The notes under the pieces: generated by a model
Seen by the model: only the letters and a program-made list of their open reading frames with translations
Database searches by the model: none
What the model was told of the DNA's origin: nothing
Position numbers and translations under genes: made by a program
From: Octopus sinensis
Taxonomy: Eukaryota
Length of the DNA: 64,000 nucleotides
Assembly: GCF_006345805.1 (NCBI RefSeq)
Contig: NC_043011.1
Span: forward strand, 24,812,464 to 24,876,463
Direction of reading: 5' to 3'
In this document: positions 62,761 through 64,000 of the stretch, piece by piece
How positions within the stretch are numbered: the first letter of the stretch is position 1
Layout of the letters: every line of letters starts with the position of its first letter

Positions 62761-63071
62761 TGTTAAGGTTTGGGTAATTGCAAAAAATAGCAGAGAGGGC
62801 TGAGAACTGAGTCCTTATTTACATATTTATTCATAGCCTGCACAGCTTTCACAAGCCACTAATCTCCACCTGTTTCTTTTCATGATTTCCTTACAGAATA
62901 TGGTAACTTCCCAAACCAATGACTGCTAGATAGAGTGGTTCATGTATCTATTATATACATACTTGTCTATATAGAATATATATATATAATGTTTTTATGC
63001 ATTAGTTACAGTTATCCATATAAAATATTTAACCATTATATATACTGTTATCCTTATAAAATATATAATAT

Positions 63072-63111
<40 letters not shown>

Positions 63112-63505
63112 ACTGTCCATATAAAATGTGTCATCATTATATATGCAGTTGTTCATAATCTTGTATTTCTCACCATTATCCTCAATAATCATTCTCAAAA
63201 GACTTTCATAGCTCACTTTGAAAGCAATAATAATTGCAACAGTTTTCTAGATATATACTAATTTCATTACAATAACATCAACTCCCTTGAAGCTAACAAG
63301 CTTTGAAATTGATTAAGTTGTTTTCAGTATTTTTAATGAATAAACAGATAAATAGATTAATTAATCAATAGATTAATTTTCTTGTCTATTTAAAAAGAAT
63401 TTTATTTACACAGTTGTTTTTTTCTGAGGTCGTTATAACTTACATTTTCCTAAGGCCTTTCTAATTGCATTTTTCTAATTAAATAATCTCTCTAAATAAT
63501 TTCAG

Positions 63506-63633
63506 GTTGTGTAACAAGCAAGGTGATGTAATATCAGTTGTGAATGAGGTTTTTGTAGCGACATATTTTAAGATCTATCATATCTGGAAATACCAGCATA
63601 AAACTATTGTTGATTCTGGTTTTGTGTTAAAAG
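63506..63633 (+). CDS. ELMOD3: ELMOD3 coding exon; gene continues beyond the window
   Basis: LCNKQGDVISVVNEVFVATYFKIYHIWKYQHKTIVDSGFVLK matches [20 protein letters not shown]...WRTQRKTISDSGFVLK. ttcAG and G|GTAAGG sites. Confidence 0.95.
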
Positions 63634-63741
63634 GTAAGGATCCATTTAAATCCTTGAATACATACATTACTTCTGAATATTACATTCTGTTAGAAACATC
63701 CAAAGGATATGTATTACCCACATGCATGCGTGCATGTGTGT

Positions 63742-64000
63742 ACAGGATGCGGTGAATAAATTGTCGTCTAAATTACACAAAAATAAAAATAACACTGACA
63801 TCTCATTTTACCAGATATATTTACCAAAATTAAATAAAAATATCTTGAAATACTAAAGAGTAAATTTATTCAATAAAATCGACATTGGCTTCCATCACAC
63901 CCTCCAGATATTTCAGAACCTCCTGCAGCTCTTCTGGATGGTCTCCTTGTTTAAGTTGGTGAATGCTGCCATAATTCTTGCCTTCAGTTCATCTTTGGTG
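63742..64000 (-). mobile_element. Tc1/mariner transposon 3' end
   Basis: TKDELKARIMAAFTNLNKETIQKSCRRF remnant followed by a terminus ending in TA. Confidence 0.75.

Noticed and set aside
2878-63755. Most of the 60-180 aa ORFs in the supplied track
   Set aside because: They come from microsatellites (YIYI, THTH, MMM, HHH), SINEs or fold-back arms. Only those overlapping the listed exons or the LINE/transposase relics have support.

Overview
AT-rich, intron-rich animal genomic DNA. The SINE families and (TA)n/(CAT)n microsatellites look like Octopus (coleoid cephalopod); the species assignment is an inference. Three spliced protein-coding genes were reconstructed by hand, with GT-AG sites and consistent intron phases. 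(1) The 3' part of KCMF1 (+, exons 4503-4602, 11294-11446, 15880-16708). (2) A complete MRPS18C (-, 5 exons, 39069 to 21246, about 191 aa). (3) Most of ELMOD3 (+, coding exons 45152 to 63633, last exon beyond the window), transcribed divergently from MRPS18C. Introns carry tRNA-derived and RTE-tailed SINEs, LINE fragments, mariner and piggyBac-type MITEs, and several long fold-back elements. The most striking object is at 27002-27578: a 353-bp-period direct repeat in which each copy holds a type I hammerhead ribozyme fold with a CCGAUGA core variant, bounded by an apparent target-site duplication. This is the architecture of a non-LTR retrozyme, a predicted 353-nt circular RNA. Decayed hammerhead cores also occur in other repeats. 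Other candidates are an intronic C/D-box RNA (9125-9217), cassette exons in KCMF1 and ELMOD3, a perfect 60-bp inverted repeat enclosing a SINE head, and RFX X-box-like sites at the ELMOD3 promoter. Most ORFs in the supplied track are not genes. All homology calls are from remembered motifs; no searches were run. Repeat boundaries are approximate.
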